35,486 bases of DNA from a virus (Duplodnaviria; Heunggongvirae; Uroviricota; Caudoviricetes). The stretch spans positions 1 to 35,486 of the IMG/VR virus record IMGVR_UViG_2724679238_000015, one strand, 5' to 3'. Under the pieces are notes generated by a model, which saw only the letters and a list, made by a program, of their open reading frames with translations, was not told the origin of the DNA and ran no database searches. Position 1 is the stretch's first letter; each line of letters opens with the position of its first letter. The position numbers and the translations under genes are program-made. This document shows, one piece after another, positions 7,924 through 16,506 of this stretch.

Positions 7924-8883
7924 ATGAAAATTTGCATCGACGACGGCTCCACCAACATCAAGCTGGCATGGACTGAGAACGGCGAACGCCGCAACGCCAT
8001 CAGCCCGAACAGCTTCAAGTCGGAATGGTCTGCGCCGTTCGGTGGCACGCAGCCCGCGAACTACATGCTTGATGGCGTGCGCTATGGTTTTGATCCGGTC
8101 AGCGATCGCTTTGTCCAGACGACCGACACGCAATACCAGTACAGCGATGTGAATGTCATTGCCATTCATCACGCGCTGGTCAAATCAGGTATCACACCAC
8201 AGGAAGTGGACGTGGTTGTCACTCTGCCACTGAGCGAGTATTTCGATACAAACGCACAGCCGGACATGGCCAACATCAACCGCAAAAAAGCGAATGTCCT
8301 GCGCCCTGTGGAGTACCAGAACGGTGAAGCATTCACTATCCGCAACGTGCGGGTTATGCCTGAATCCATTCCGGCTGGCTTTAAGGCACTGGCTGACATG
8401 AGTCCGTTTGAATCCCTGCTGATTGTGGATTTAGGCGGAACAACGCTGGATGTGGCAAAGGTTCAGGGGCAACTGGCAGGCATCAGCCAGGTGTTTTGCG
8501 ATCCACACGTAGGCGTTTCCCTGATGGCTGATGCCGTGCTGTCGGTGCTGGCCACTAACGGTATGCGTACCAGTCACCACATCGCCAATACCATTATTGA
8601 GCACCGTCACGATGAAGCCTGGCTACGCCAGCACATTCACAATGACGCGCATTACAACAGCCTGATAGCGGTTATTCGTGAAAAGGAGGAGACACTGAAA
8701 CAACGCGTGATCCGCGCACTCGCGGGCTTTTCGGGTTACGGGCGGGTGCTGGTTGTCGGTGGAGGAGCGGAGATTGTGGCACCCGCAGTCCGTGAAGTCT
8801 ATGGAGTCAATGCGAATTTCATCACAGACGGGGTGCCACAGTTTGCTCTGGTTAACGGTCTGTACGCTATGGATAAGGAGTAA
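7924..8883 (+). CDS. parM: ParM/StbA-family actin-like segregation ATPase
   Basis: 319 aa. MKICIDDGSTNIKL..ISPNSFK..YSDVNVIAIHHALVKSGITPQEVDVVVTLPLSEY matches plasmid R1 ParM as I recall it (MLVFIDDGSTNIKLQW...ISPNSFK...QYSDVNVVAVHHALLTSG). AAGGA RBS. Confidence 0.8.
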   Translation: MKICIDDGSTNIKLAWTENGERRNAISPNSFKSEWSAPFGGTQPANYMLDGVRYGFDPVSDRFVQTTDTQYQYSDVNVIAIHHALVKSGITPQEVDVVVTLPLSEYFDTNAQPDMANINRKKANVLRPVEYQNGEAFTIRNVRVMPESIPAGFKALADMSPFESLLIVDLGGTTLDVAKVQGQLAGISQVFCDPHVGVSLMADAVLSVLATNGMRTSHHIANTIIEHRHDEAWLRQHIHNDAHYNSLIAVIREKEETLKQRVIRALAGFSGYGRVLVVGGGAEIVAPAVREVYGVNANFITDGVPQFALVNGLYAMDKE

Positions 8884-8889
8884 CCCTCC

Positions 8890-9201
8890 ATGGCGACATT
8901 AACCAGAAGAATAAGTTTCTATCTGAAGCCAGCCGCCGTCAAGAACGAAGGCAAAGCATGCGCCTGGCTGGACAGCCTTACACCAGAAGCCCGCAAAAGC
9001 GGCCAACGCGTGGCTTTTCTGCCCGGGCTGGCACTTCTGAAAATGAATCCGGCAGAGGCTTACCGACTGGCTGCATGGGCTGATGATGAGGCGTTATCAG
9101 TGACACAAACCAGGGCAGAACGCCACATGTTACAGCCAGCGCCCACCGCACAGATAACCAGTCAGCTAGCCGGAAATATCCGGGCGTTATTTCCCGAATA
9201 A
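8890..9201 (+). CDS. parR: ParR-like centromere-binding protein
   Basis: 103 aa, AAGGAG RBS, directly after parM. RISFYLKP, WLDSLTPEARKSGQRVAFLPGLAL and NIRALFPE resemble R1 ParR (IAFKLNP, TLDSIPQGERSRLNRAALTAGLAL, LRSLFPKE). Confidence 0.65.
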   Translation: MATLTRRISFYLKPAAVKNEGKACAWLDSLTPEARKSGQRVAFLPGLALLKMNPAEAYRLAAWADDEALSVTQTRAERHMLQPAPTAQITSQLAGNIRALFPE

Positions 9202-9264
9202 CACAACATCAGGGCGCATCCGCCCTGATGACTTTAATCCGGGAACATAAACAAGAGGGACACA

Positions 9265-9606
9265 ATGCAACACATTGACAGAGAAAAAGCGCAGCGACTG
9301 ATTGAGCGGATGGAAGCGCTGGCGAAAGAAGAAAATGTCAACATCCAAAAAATAGCAGAATGTGGCCAGATAGTTCTTCGTCGTGAAAAAGACATCAAGC
9401 AACTGATGTCTGGCGAAACCAGCAAAACACGGATTCCAGGCGAGAAAACGATTTATTGTAGCTTCTGCAATAAATCCCAGTACGAAGTCACAAAGGTGAT
9501 TGCCGGACCGTCTGTTTACATCTGCAATGAGTGCGTGGATTTGTGCAATGAAATTATCAGGAGAGAAGCGACTGACCATGAAGAAGCGCGGAGATGCAAC
9601 GATTAA
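9265..9606 (+). CDS. small protein with a C-terminal ClpX-type C4 zinc-finger domain
   Basis: 113 aa. [38 protein letters not shown] is near-identical in pattern to the ClpX N-terminal zinc-binding domain ([34 protein letters not shown]). Preceded by a charged, probably helical N-terminal half; no AAA+ domain. Confidence 0.7.
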   Translation: MQHIDREKAQRLIERMEALAKEENVNIQKIAECGQIVLRREKDIKQLMSGETSKTRIPGEKTIYCSFCNKSQYEVTKVIAGPSVYICNECVDLCNEIIRREATDHEEARRCND

Positions 9607-9674
9607 GTCGGGTAATGATATTGAGCAGGCGACTCACTGGATGCCGATGCCAGAAGCGTTTCAGGAGGTTAACC

Positions 9675-9950
9675 GTGGCTAACCTGCAACTTGCCGTCAA
9701 AGGTGAATACTTCGATGCCATGATTCGCGGAGAGAAAACAGAAGAGTATCGCCTGGTTAATTCATACTGGTCTCGCCGTATATTGGATAAGAGCTATGAT
9801 CGATTGATTATTACTAAGGGGTATCCGAAACGCGACGATTTAAGCCGCAGAATTGATGTCCCATATGGGGGATATGAGATCAAGGTGATAACACATCCAC
9901 ATTTTGGACCAGAGCCAGTAAAAGTATTTGCTATTAAGTTGACTCAATGA
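9675..9950 (+). CDS. ASCH (PUA-like) domain protein
   Basis: ORF-track frame 9594..9950; GTG at 9675 has an AGGAGG RBS 6 nt upstream. VANLQLAVKGEYFDAMIRGEKTEEYR fits the N-terminal beta-strand/GxKTxExR signature of ASCH domains. Confidence 0.5.
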   Translation: MANLQLAVKGEYFDAMIRGEKTEEYRLVNSYWSRRILDKSYDRLIITKGYPKRDDLSRRIDVPYGGYEIKVITHPHFGPEPVKVFAIKLTQ

Positions 9951-10210
9951 CCGATACCACTAAGAAAAAGACGTTAAATAACATACATGAAAAGTATGAT
10001 TATTTTACGGATACCGCTTGCTTGCTGACATCTGAAGAACAAAAGATAGCCCAACTTTTAGGCGATGCATGGAACCTGTATTTAACATTGCCAGTTGAGC
10101 ATCCAATGGGTAGAGATGAATTTTGCCGGGCAATTCATCATTGCCAAAATATGGTGTTGGCACGCCCTGCCATCAGGGCGCTGGCCAGTAAGGGGCAAGG
10201 CTATAAATAG
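9947..10210 (+). CDS. hypothetical protein, last gene of the accessory island
   Basis: 87-aa ORF; start overlaps the ASCH stop (ATGA); followed by a terminator. Confidence 0.5.
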   Translation: MTDTTKKKTLNNIHEKYDYFTDTACLLTSEEQKIAQLLGDAWNLYLTLPVEHPMGRDEFCRAIHHCQNMVLARPAIRALASKGQGYK

Positions 10211-10218
10211 ATGAGCAA

Positions 10219-10245
10219 AACGCCCTCCTCCAGGGCGTTTATTTC
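10219..10245 (+). terminator. rho-independent terminator closing the accessory island
   Basis: Stem AACGCCCT / AGGGCGTT with CCTCC loop, followed by TATTTC. Confidence 0.5.
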
Positions 10246-10644
10246 AATGCACAATAGTGCACAAATTTGCACAATTTTTTTGAACAACTTTTTACCCTTC
10301 CGGCCCGCGTGGCGGCTGGATCCGTCAAGGATCCGTGCATGCACAAAAAAACGCGTTTTTTCTGCGCGCAGGTGACGGGGGAACAGCCCGCGTTTCAGGG
10401 GGTAAATAGCATTCCCTGAGCGATGTCGCAGCGACACAACAGAATGGCTGTATTTCTCACGCTGAGCGTGAAAAAGACGTAAGGGTTTTTGATTTGATGG
10501 GTTGAAAGGTAAGGCCGTCAAAATCGCACTGAGGCGGCGAGAACATACAGTCAACGCGGTGGGATTGCGTAAGAGTCTGACCGTCGATGGTGGCGATAAA
10601 CTGGAAGGCGTCGTGAAATTATCTGATTGATACGGAGCTGGAGA

Positions 10645-10672
10645 GTCGGGGCATAAATTTTTTATGCCCCGG
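10645..10672 (-). terminator. hairpin downstream of portal gene Q, probable terminator of the P-Q operon
   Basis: CGGGGCAT / ATGCCCCG stem around an A/T-rich loop, about 30 bp beyond the Q stop. Confidence 0.4.
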
Positions 10673-10697
10673 CGAAGCAGCAGACAAGCGAAGCGCG

Positions 10698-11744
10698 TCA
10701 GGCTGTGGGCTGGGTGTCTAACAGTGCGTAAGGGTTAAAGCGGATCACCTCTTCGCCCAGCCAGTCATTGATGTGCTTCATGGCCTCCATGACGGGCATC
10801 AGCTCGTTAATTGCGTAAACCCGCGCGGCCTTCTCCACATCACCAAACGCACTTTTTTCACCCGGCATCGCCCCCATCAGTTGCGGCGGAACGCGGTGCG
10901 CAGCCAGCACATCATCACGGGATGCCGCCTTAACATTCATGAACTCATCCTTTGCGGTGATCTGCTGGAACGGCAAAATTTGCACCCCCTCTTTGCCCCC
11001 GTTGGGCGCATGAATGAGCACGTTTTTAAACGCACCACCACCACGTGCCCCCTGTAGCGTTTCTTTCAGGGAGTCCATGCTTTCGCGGTTTACCTGCGCT
11101 GCACCGATGTAGATGATGCACCCGGCGTGGGATCCGTTGTCGTAATACAGTTTTCTGAACATGTCCGCCGAATGAGACAGGCTGGCCGAGAGTAATGCGC
11201 CGAGATATTCCGGCATGCCGTAGATTTCCTGGTTAATGTCAGGATTCATCAGGTGGCACACTTTGCCAGGGCGAAACTGAAACGCGTCCTTACCATCCTG
11301 CACATACCACCATGATTCAAGATCGCTTCCGCGTCGCATGTATTTCGCCAGGGCGTGCCGTAATTTAAGCGGTTCGCCGAGCATATTGCTTCGAAGCTCA
11401 AGGAATGCGTTACCGAACACAAACCAGTCCAGCGCCAGCGCCGAGAAATCCTGCCGGGAAAGCAGCGGGTGCGGAATATAGCAGCCGAGCAATACATTGC
11501 GCTTAAAGTAAAGCGCAGACTGATGCCAGGACGTTTGCCGGGCAGCTCTTGCCAGACCGTACCAGTCCACCGGGGTTTCATACCATCGCCCGTTATCGGC
11601 ACAGTACATATTGTCCAGTAAATCATGCCCGGTCAGGCGGTAAGGGCCGTCAAATGTGAATGCACTGAGCGATGATTCTTTCCTGAGCGCATCAGCGAGA
11701 TCAATGCGTGAACTCATGCGCACTTTTTTATTTTTTCTGCTCAT
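10698..11744 (-). CDS. Q: capsid portal protein (P2 gpQ homolog)
   Basis: 348 aa; size, position downstream of the terminase ATPase gene and overall similarity to P2 Q. ATG overlaps the P stop (ATGA). Confidence 0.85.
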   Translation of the reverse strand: MSRKNKKVRMSSRIDLADALRKESSLSAFTFDGPYRLTGHDLLDNMYCADNGRWYETPVDWYGLARAARQTSWHQSALYFKRNVLLGCYIPHPLLSRQDFSALALDWFVFGNAFLELRSNMLGEPLKLRHALAKYMRRGSDLESWWYVQDGKDAFQFRPGKVCHLMNPDINQEIYGMPEYLGALLSASLSHSADMFRKLYYDNGSHAGCIIYIGAAQVNRESMDSLKETLQGARGGGAFKNVLIHAPNGGKEGVQILPFQQITAKDEFMNVKAASRDDVLAAHRVPPQLMGAMPGEKSAFGDVEKAARVYAINELMPVMEAMKHINDWLGEEVIRFNPYALLDTQPTA

Positions 11745-13495
11745 CAGAACTCCATAACCGTGAAACGCTCGTTTTCTCCTTCGCCGCCAATCGGTTCGTT
11801 AATGACAGCAAGCATGGTTGCCCACGCAAGGTCGCCGTGGCTGATCCCCCTCGCGCGGTCCGTTTCGTAAGTGATAAAGCCGCCCGGTGTTTTCACCTTA
11901 CGCACGGCGTTAAAGGCCGCGACCAGCTCCCGTTCGGCACGATCGTATTCCCAGCGCCCGGCACGCATTATTTGCAGCATTTTCAGTACCAGCGACCGTT
12001 TTGATGACAGCGTGAAGGTGTACGGAATAGCAGCAGGGAAAAACCGTTTCACTATCTGATAAACAGCCTCCCCGTTCCCGCCCGTCACATCAATGCCGAT
12101 GTGTTCCACGTTGTAGCGATACGTAAACTCTTCAATGACTCTGGCCTGTTCTTCAAACTCCAGCCCCTGAACGCGTCGCGTCTCCACCGTTCGAAAACGG
12201 CCACCAGGAACAGCCGGAGGAACCACCACGGACACAGCGCCGCTGTCGCCGTTGCCACTGCTGCCGTTTGCGTCATACCCAATCCATACCGGGCGATTCC
12301 CCATCGGGCGGGGAGCAAAAGGTTTCCAGTCTTTCCAGTCGTCGTATCCGTCAACGCCGCAGCCAATCAGGATATTCAGGTTAAATGCCGATTCCCCTTC
12401 GCGGACAAACTCACACATATAGAGATTGAGGAACTCGTCTTCGGTGTTTTCATCACGAATTTCATCAATATCGGTGTGTTTCCAGCCGTGATTAACCACA
12501 TCTTCCAGCGTGACAATTTGCCGCCACGTCCGGTCAGGGCAGATAAGCCCGTTATGCAGCGTTTTCCAGTCAACAGAAAAACGCTGGCGTTTATGCGTGG
12601 CCTTTTTCTCATTCCAGCGGTCGCCGTTCCAGTAGGCGTATGCCTCGTGCGTTTCGGTGGATGGCGTGGAGAAGTAGGTGCGCCGCAGTCCGCTGAGGGT
12701 TGCCATAGCGCCAGCCACCTTGCGCAGTTCAGCAAAGCGACTGACCCAGAAAAATTCATCAAAATAAAAATTGCCCGTATAGGACTGTGCCGACGCAGCA
12801 GAAGTGCCGAGAAAATGCAGCTCTGCGCCGTTGGAGAGGATGATTTTATCGCCCCCTTTCAGCTCCACATCAACTTCAGCCGCGGCCTTCTGAATAATGC
12901 TTTTAAACTGGAACGCCTGACGACGCGACGCAGACAAAAAAATCTGGTTACGCTGGTAAGGTTGCGCCACATCGTCACGCAGCGCCATCAGCAGAGCTTC
13001 CTGTGCAAAATACCAGGTCGCCCCAATCTGTCGGGATTTCAGGATCATCCTGTTACGTATCCCGGCTTCCCTGCAAAGGGTCAGGGAGTCAAACCAGCCC
13101 CGCTGATGCCACTCCAGCCTGCTGATGATTTTTTCCCGCAGTGCGGCAATCTGTTCCGGCGTGAAATGATTTTTAAGTTTTTTCGCCCGGCCTTTCTTTC
13201 CTGTGGCCGTCGCATCCGGCTGGGCATCATGCAGTTTTTTAAGCTGCCGGGTCAGCAGGTCTATTTCCTTGAAGTCACCACCTGTTTTATTCTGTTTTTC
13301 AGTGAGCTGGATGAGGCGCGCATCGATGGACTGCGTGACACGCTGCACGGGTGGCGTTTCATCCCACTGGTCGCGTTTTTTCCACGCATAAATCGTGTTC
13401 GGGTTTATTCCCATCAGACGTGATATTTCTGCGGGCGGATAACCCTGCCAGTAAAGTTGTCGCGCACGCTGGCGCACAAAAGCGTCCTGAATCAT
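11744..13495 (-). CDS. P: terminase large (ATPase) subunit (P2 gpP homolog)
   Basis: 583 aa; N-terminal HTH-like MIQDAFVRQRARQLYWQGYPPAEISRLMGINPNTIYAWKKRDQW and a nuclease-like C-terminal half, as in P2 P. Confidence 0.85.
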   Translation of the reverse strand: MIQDAFVRQRARQLYWQGYPPAEISRLMGINPNTIYAWKKRDQWDETPPVQRVTQSIDARLIQLTEKQNKTGGDFKEIDLLTRQLKKLHDAQPDATATGKKGRAKKLKNHFTPEQIAALREKIISRLEWHQRGWFDSLTLCREAGIRNRMILKSRQIGATWYFAQEALLMALRDDVAQPYQRNQIFLSASRRQAFQFKSIIQKAAAEVDVELKGGDKIILSNGAELHFLGTSAASAQSYTGNFYFDEFFWVSRFAELRKVAGAMATLSGLRRTYFSTPSTETHEAYAYWNGDRWNEKKATHKRQRFSVDWKTLHNGLICPDRTWRQIVTLEDVVNHGWKHTDIDEIRDENTEDEFLNLYMCEFVREGESAFNLNILIGCGVDGYDDWKDWKPFAPRPMGNRPVWIGYDANGSSGNGDSGAVSVVVPPAVPGGRFRTVETRRVQGLEFEEQARVIEEFTYRYNVEHIGIDVTGGNGEAVYQIVKRFFPAAIPYTFTLSSKRSLVLKMLQIMRAGRWEYDRAERELVAAFNAVRKVKTPGGFITYETDRARGISHGDLAWATMLAVINEPIGGEGENERFTVMEF

Positions 13496-13649
13496 TGCTC
13501 CCCCTGAGTAATTACAGGAAGATTACCCGCGCGCGAAACCGTTCTCCTTAACCCCCTGTTCTGGCCGTTTTCTTACAACAAAAGCCCTTTGTATCAGCCT
13601 GTTACGCTTTGCCATCATGACTGAAGAACCAGTCAGAGGGGCAAAAACT

Positions 13650-14486
13650 ATGGCTAATGAAAAAAAGACATCCCGCAAAAAGTTTCGCGTGGCTGTCTCC
13701 GGTGTAACGGCAGACGGGCGCGAAATCAACGGCGACATGCTGAAAGCTGCCGCCACCAGTTATAACCCGTCCGTTTATGGTGCACGTGTGAATATTGAGC
13801 ACATCCTGTCACCACTCCCCGGTAGCGAGTTTTCCGCTATGGGCGATGTTGTGGGGTTGAGCACCGAAGACATAACCGATGGCCCGCTGGCAGGTCGCAC
13901 GGCACTGTATGCCGAAATTGAGCCGACCGCTCGCATGATGTCCCTGCTTAACGATGGTAAAAAAATTTACTCCAGTATTGAGCTGGAACCACAGTCAACC
14001 ATCACGGGAGGCCCTTACCTGCGCGGGCTGGCAATGACAGACACCCCCGCCAGCCTGGGCACGGAACGTCTGGCCTTTGCGGCACAACAACGTATGCAAC
14101 TGATGACATTCAACTGTCAGCAGGGAGACGTGGCGATGTTTACCGCCGCTATGGAGTCAGAACTTATCGAACTCACCGAACAACGTCAGGAAGAAGGCAC
14201 CCAGTGGTTTAACCGCGTTATGGGGATTATTGGCCGTGGCCGCAAAGCGGATGACGCCAGCTTTTCCCGTATTCAGGAAGCGGTGGAAGGCGTCGCAACG
14301 TCACAGGCCGACATTATCGACCGTTTTAATGTGCTGGAAACCCGCCATCAGCAGGACAGCCAGAAAATCACATTACTGACCACAGAGCTGGCAGCACTGA
14401 AGGAAAAACTGCGCACGCAGGACGGCGATCCGCAGAACCGGTTCACCGCAACAGGCGCAGCCTCCGACCAGCTGGCTGACTTCTGA
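13650..14486 (+). CDS. O: capsid scaffolding protein (P2 gpO homolog)
   Basis: ATG at 13650 with AGAGGGG RBS. MANEKKTSRKKFRVAVSGVTADGREI resembles the P2 O N-terminus. Divergent from P/Q as in P2. Confidence 0.8.
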   Translation: MANEKKTSRKKFRVAVSGVTADGREINGDMLKAAATSYNPSVYGARVNIEHILSPLPGSEFSAMGDVVGLSTEDITDGPLAGRTALYAEIEPTARMMSLLNDGKKIYSSIELEPQSTITGGPYLRGLAMTDTPASLGTERLAFAAQQRMQLMTFNCQQGDVAMFTAAMESELIELTEQRQEEGTQWFNRVMGIIGRGRKADDASFSRIQEAVEGVATSQADIIDRFNVLETRHQQDSQKITLLTTELAALKEKLRTQDGDPQNRFTATGAASDQLADF

Positions 14487-14509
14487 TAAGACAAAGGAGC
14501 AAATTTTTT

Positions 14510-15562
14510 ATGAATCTGGTGATGTCAGATATTACCCGCAACAAACTGGGTTGCTATATGGCGCAGCAGGCGTCGCTTAACAATATCCCGGTTTCTGCAC
14601 TGGTATCGCGATTTACCGTAGAACCCTCGGTGCAGCAGCGTTTTGAAAACGCAGTAAAGGAGAGCACTGAATTTACAAAAAAAATTAACGTGTTCGGTGT
14701 GACCGACCAGAAAGGCGAAAAAATCCTCCTGGACACCACCGGGCCGATTGCGCGCACGAATACCAGTTATGACGGCACAAAACGCCGTAACCCGAATAAC
14801 GTGGTTGATCTGAAAAACCGCAAATATCAGTGCGAACAGGTGAACTACGACACGTTTATTTCGTATCCGCAGCTTGATGCCTGGGCGGCACACCCTGATT
14901 TTCAGTCCCGCGTCAGCACACAGATTGCCCGGCAGGTGGCGCTTGACCGCATCATGATCGGTTTCAACGGCACGTCTCACGCAGATGAGTCCAACTTCAG
15001 CACCAACAAGCTGCTTCAGGACGTTAACGTGGGATGGCTGGAGCACATCAGAACCGACGCCAGCGAGCGCGTAATGAATGACGTGACGCTGACCTCCCGC
15101 AACATGGACAACACCGTGGCGCACGCAGGTAAGTATGCTAACGCTGATGCACTGGTACAGGACGCGCGCTCATCCCTGCTGGATGAATGGCACAAGGAAG
15201 CTGACGACCTCGTGGTGATTATGGGGCGCAACCTGTTTAACTCGCTGCGTCTGCCCGTGCTGAACAGCATCAGCGGCCAGAATCCCAATGCGGAATTACT
15301 TGCCGGACAGCTCATCCTGTCATCGCGCGCCATTGGCGGGCTGGATGTATTCCTTGCGCCGTTCTTCCCGGATGCAACGATGCTTATCACCTCGTTCAAC
15401 AACCTGTCAATTTACTGGCAGAAAGGAACAATGCGTCGCCTGATGAAAGACGAGCCGGAATACAACCGCATCGCCACCTACCAGTCCATCAACGATGCCT
15501 ATGTCGTTGAGGATTACGGCAAGTGCGCGATGGTCACTGGCCTGAAGTTCGCCGACAGCTAA
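14510..15562 (+). CDS. N: major capsid protein (P2 gpN homolog)
   Basis: 350 aa, AAGGAG RBS. KFTVEPSV, IGFNGT, LSIYW and YVVEDY blocks match P2 N. Confidence 0.9.
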   Translation: MNLVMSDITRNKLGCYMAQQASLNNIPVSALVSRFTVEPSVQQRFENAVKESTEFTKKINVFGVTDQKGEKILLDTTGPIARTNTSYDGTKRRNPNNVVDLKNRKYQCEQVNYDTFISYPQLDAWAAHPDFQSRVSTQIARQVALDRIMIGFNGTSHADESNFSTNKLLQDVNVGWLEHIRTDASERVMNDVTLTSRNMDNTVAHAGKYANADALVQDARSSLLDEWHKEADDLVVIMGRNLFNSLRLPVLNSISGQNPNAELLAGQLILSSRAIGGLDVFLAPFFPDATMLITSFNNLSIYWQKGTMRRLMKDEPEYNRIATYQSINDAYVVEDYGKCAMVTGLKFADS

Positions 15563-15607
15563 TCAACTCACGGTGGGCATCATGCCCGCCTGTAACGGAG
15601 AGAAAAA

Positions 15608-16405
15608 ATGATTACTCCTGCACAACAACACTGGCAGAACGTGATGGCACAGCGCGCAGGCCGGGCGAATGAAGGCGTGGACCACGCCGCGCGTACTGCG
15701 CATGAAGAGGTGCTGTATCGTCTGCGTCTGGCACAGGCCCGGCTTAAGGGCGTACAGGCCAGAAGCGCCAAAGCCGCCATCAAAAAAGAGTTGTTGCCGG
15801 ACTTTTCCGGCTGGATTGAAGGAACGCTGGAGGCTGACGGCGGGCAACAGGACGAAGTGATTGCCACGCTGATGGTGTGGGCGATTGACTGCGGCGATCT
15901 TCCGCTTGCGCTGCGTATTGGTGCGTATGTGGTCCGTCACAACCTCATCATGCCGGATAACTTTGGCCGTACTGCTGCCACAGTGCTGACCGAAGAAATC
16001 TGCAACCCGGTACTGACGCAGGCCGGGACGGATGCCGACGCGGATTTGTCAGCCTTTATCGAACCACTGGACACCCTCCGGGAGATTGTCACCGACCAGG
16101 ACATGCCGGACGAAGTGCGCGCCAAATTATGCAAGGCGTGCGCCTTTGCCCGTCGTGGTCTGACCGATGCAAACAACACGGCCTTATCACTGAAGCTGCT
16201 GCGCGAAGCGATGCACCTGAACCCGAACGCAGGTGTGAAACGCGAGATTGCAACCCTTTCCCGCGCCCTGAAAAAAGCCGATTCCGCAGCCGCACCAGTT
16301 GCCTGCGCACCGCAGGCGCAGGACGAAAGCAGCAAAAGTAAAAAGACAACGCGGAAGCCTGCAACACGAAAAACCACCGCGACGCAGAAGGCGAAGCGCG
16401 GTTAA
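15608..16405 (+). CDS. M: terminase small (endonuclease) subunit (P2 gpM homolog)
   Basis: 265 aa. DMPDEVRAKL and REIATLSRALK with a basic C-terminal tail, as in P2 M. Confidence 0.8.
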   Translation: MITPAQQHWQNVMAQRAGRANEGVDHAARTAHEEVLYRLRLAQARLKGVQARSAKAAIKKELLPDFSGWIEGTLEADGGQQDEVIATLMVWAIDCGDLPLALRIGAYVVRHNLIMPDNFGRTAATVLTEEICNPVLTQAGTDADADLSAFIEPLDTLREIVTDQDMPDEVRAKLCKACAFARRGLTDANNTALSLKLLREAMHLNPNAGVKREIATLSRALKKADSAAAPVACAPQAQDESSKSKKTTRKPATRKTTATQKAKRG

Positions 16406-16506
16406 CGACTGACCCCGTCAGCGGGCGGCGTGCGCGGTGTTCCGGTTTGACTCCGTGACCGTTTACACCACGCACCCACCGCCCGATTTTTTCAGGAGTG
16501 AACCCC

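Noticed and set aside
9500-9682. 60-aa ORF bridging the zinc-finger gene and the ASCH gene
   Set aside because: It overlaps the 3' end of the zinc-finger ORF and the RBS and start of the ASCH ORF in a third frame. More likely an artefact than a gene, though a short coupled peptide cannot be excluded.
7822-10245. LexA-controlled antirepressor (186 tum-like) in the accessory island
   Set aside because: 186 carries tum at this location, but I found no CTGT-N8-ACAG LexA box and none of the island proteins resembles Tum.
10211-10697. Exact cos cleavage site
   Set aside because: A GC-rich stretch near 10307 only partly resembles the P2/186 cohesive-end sequence as I recall it. Too uncertain to give coordinates as a feature; reported only as a region of interest.
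12101-13423. 440-aa plus-strand ORF opposite the terminase large subunit gene
   Set aside because: Antisense to a conserved terminase gene; low-complexity translation with no start context. Called an overprinting artefact.
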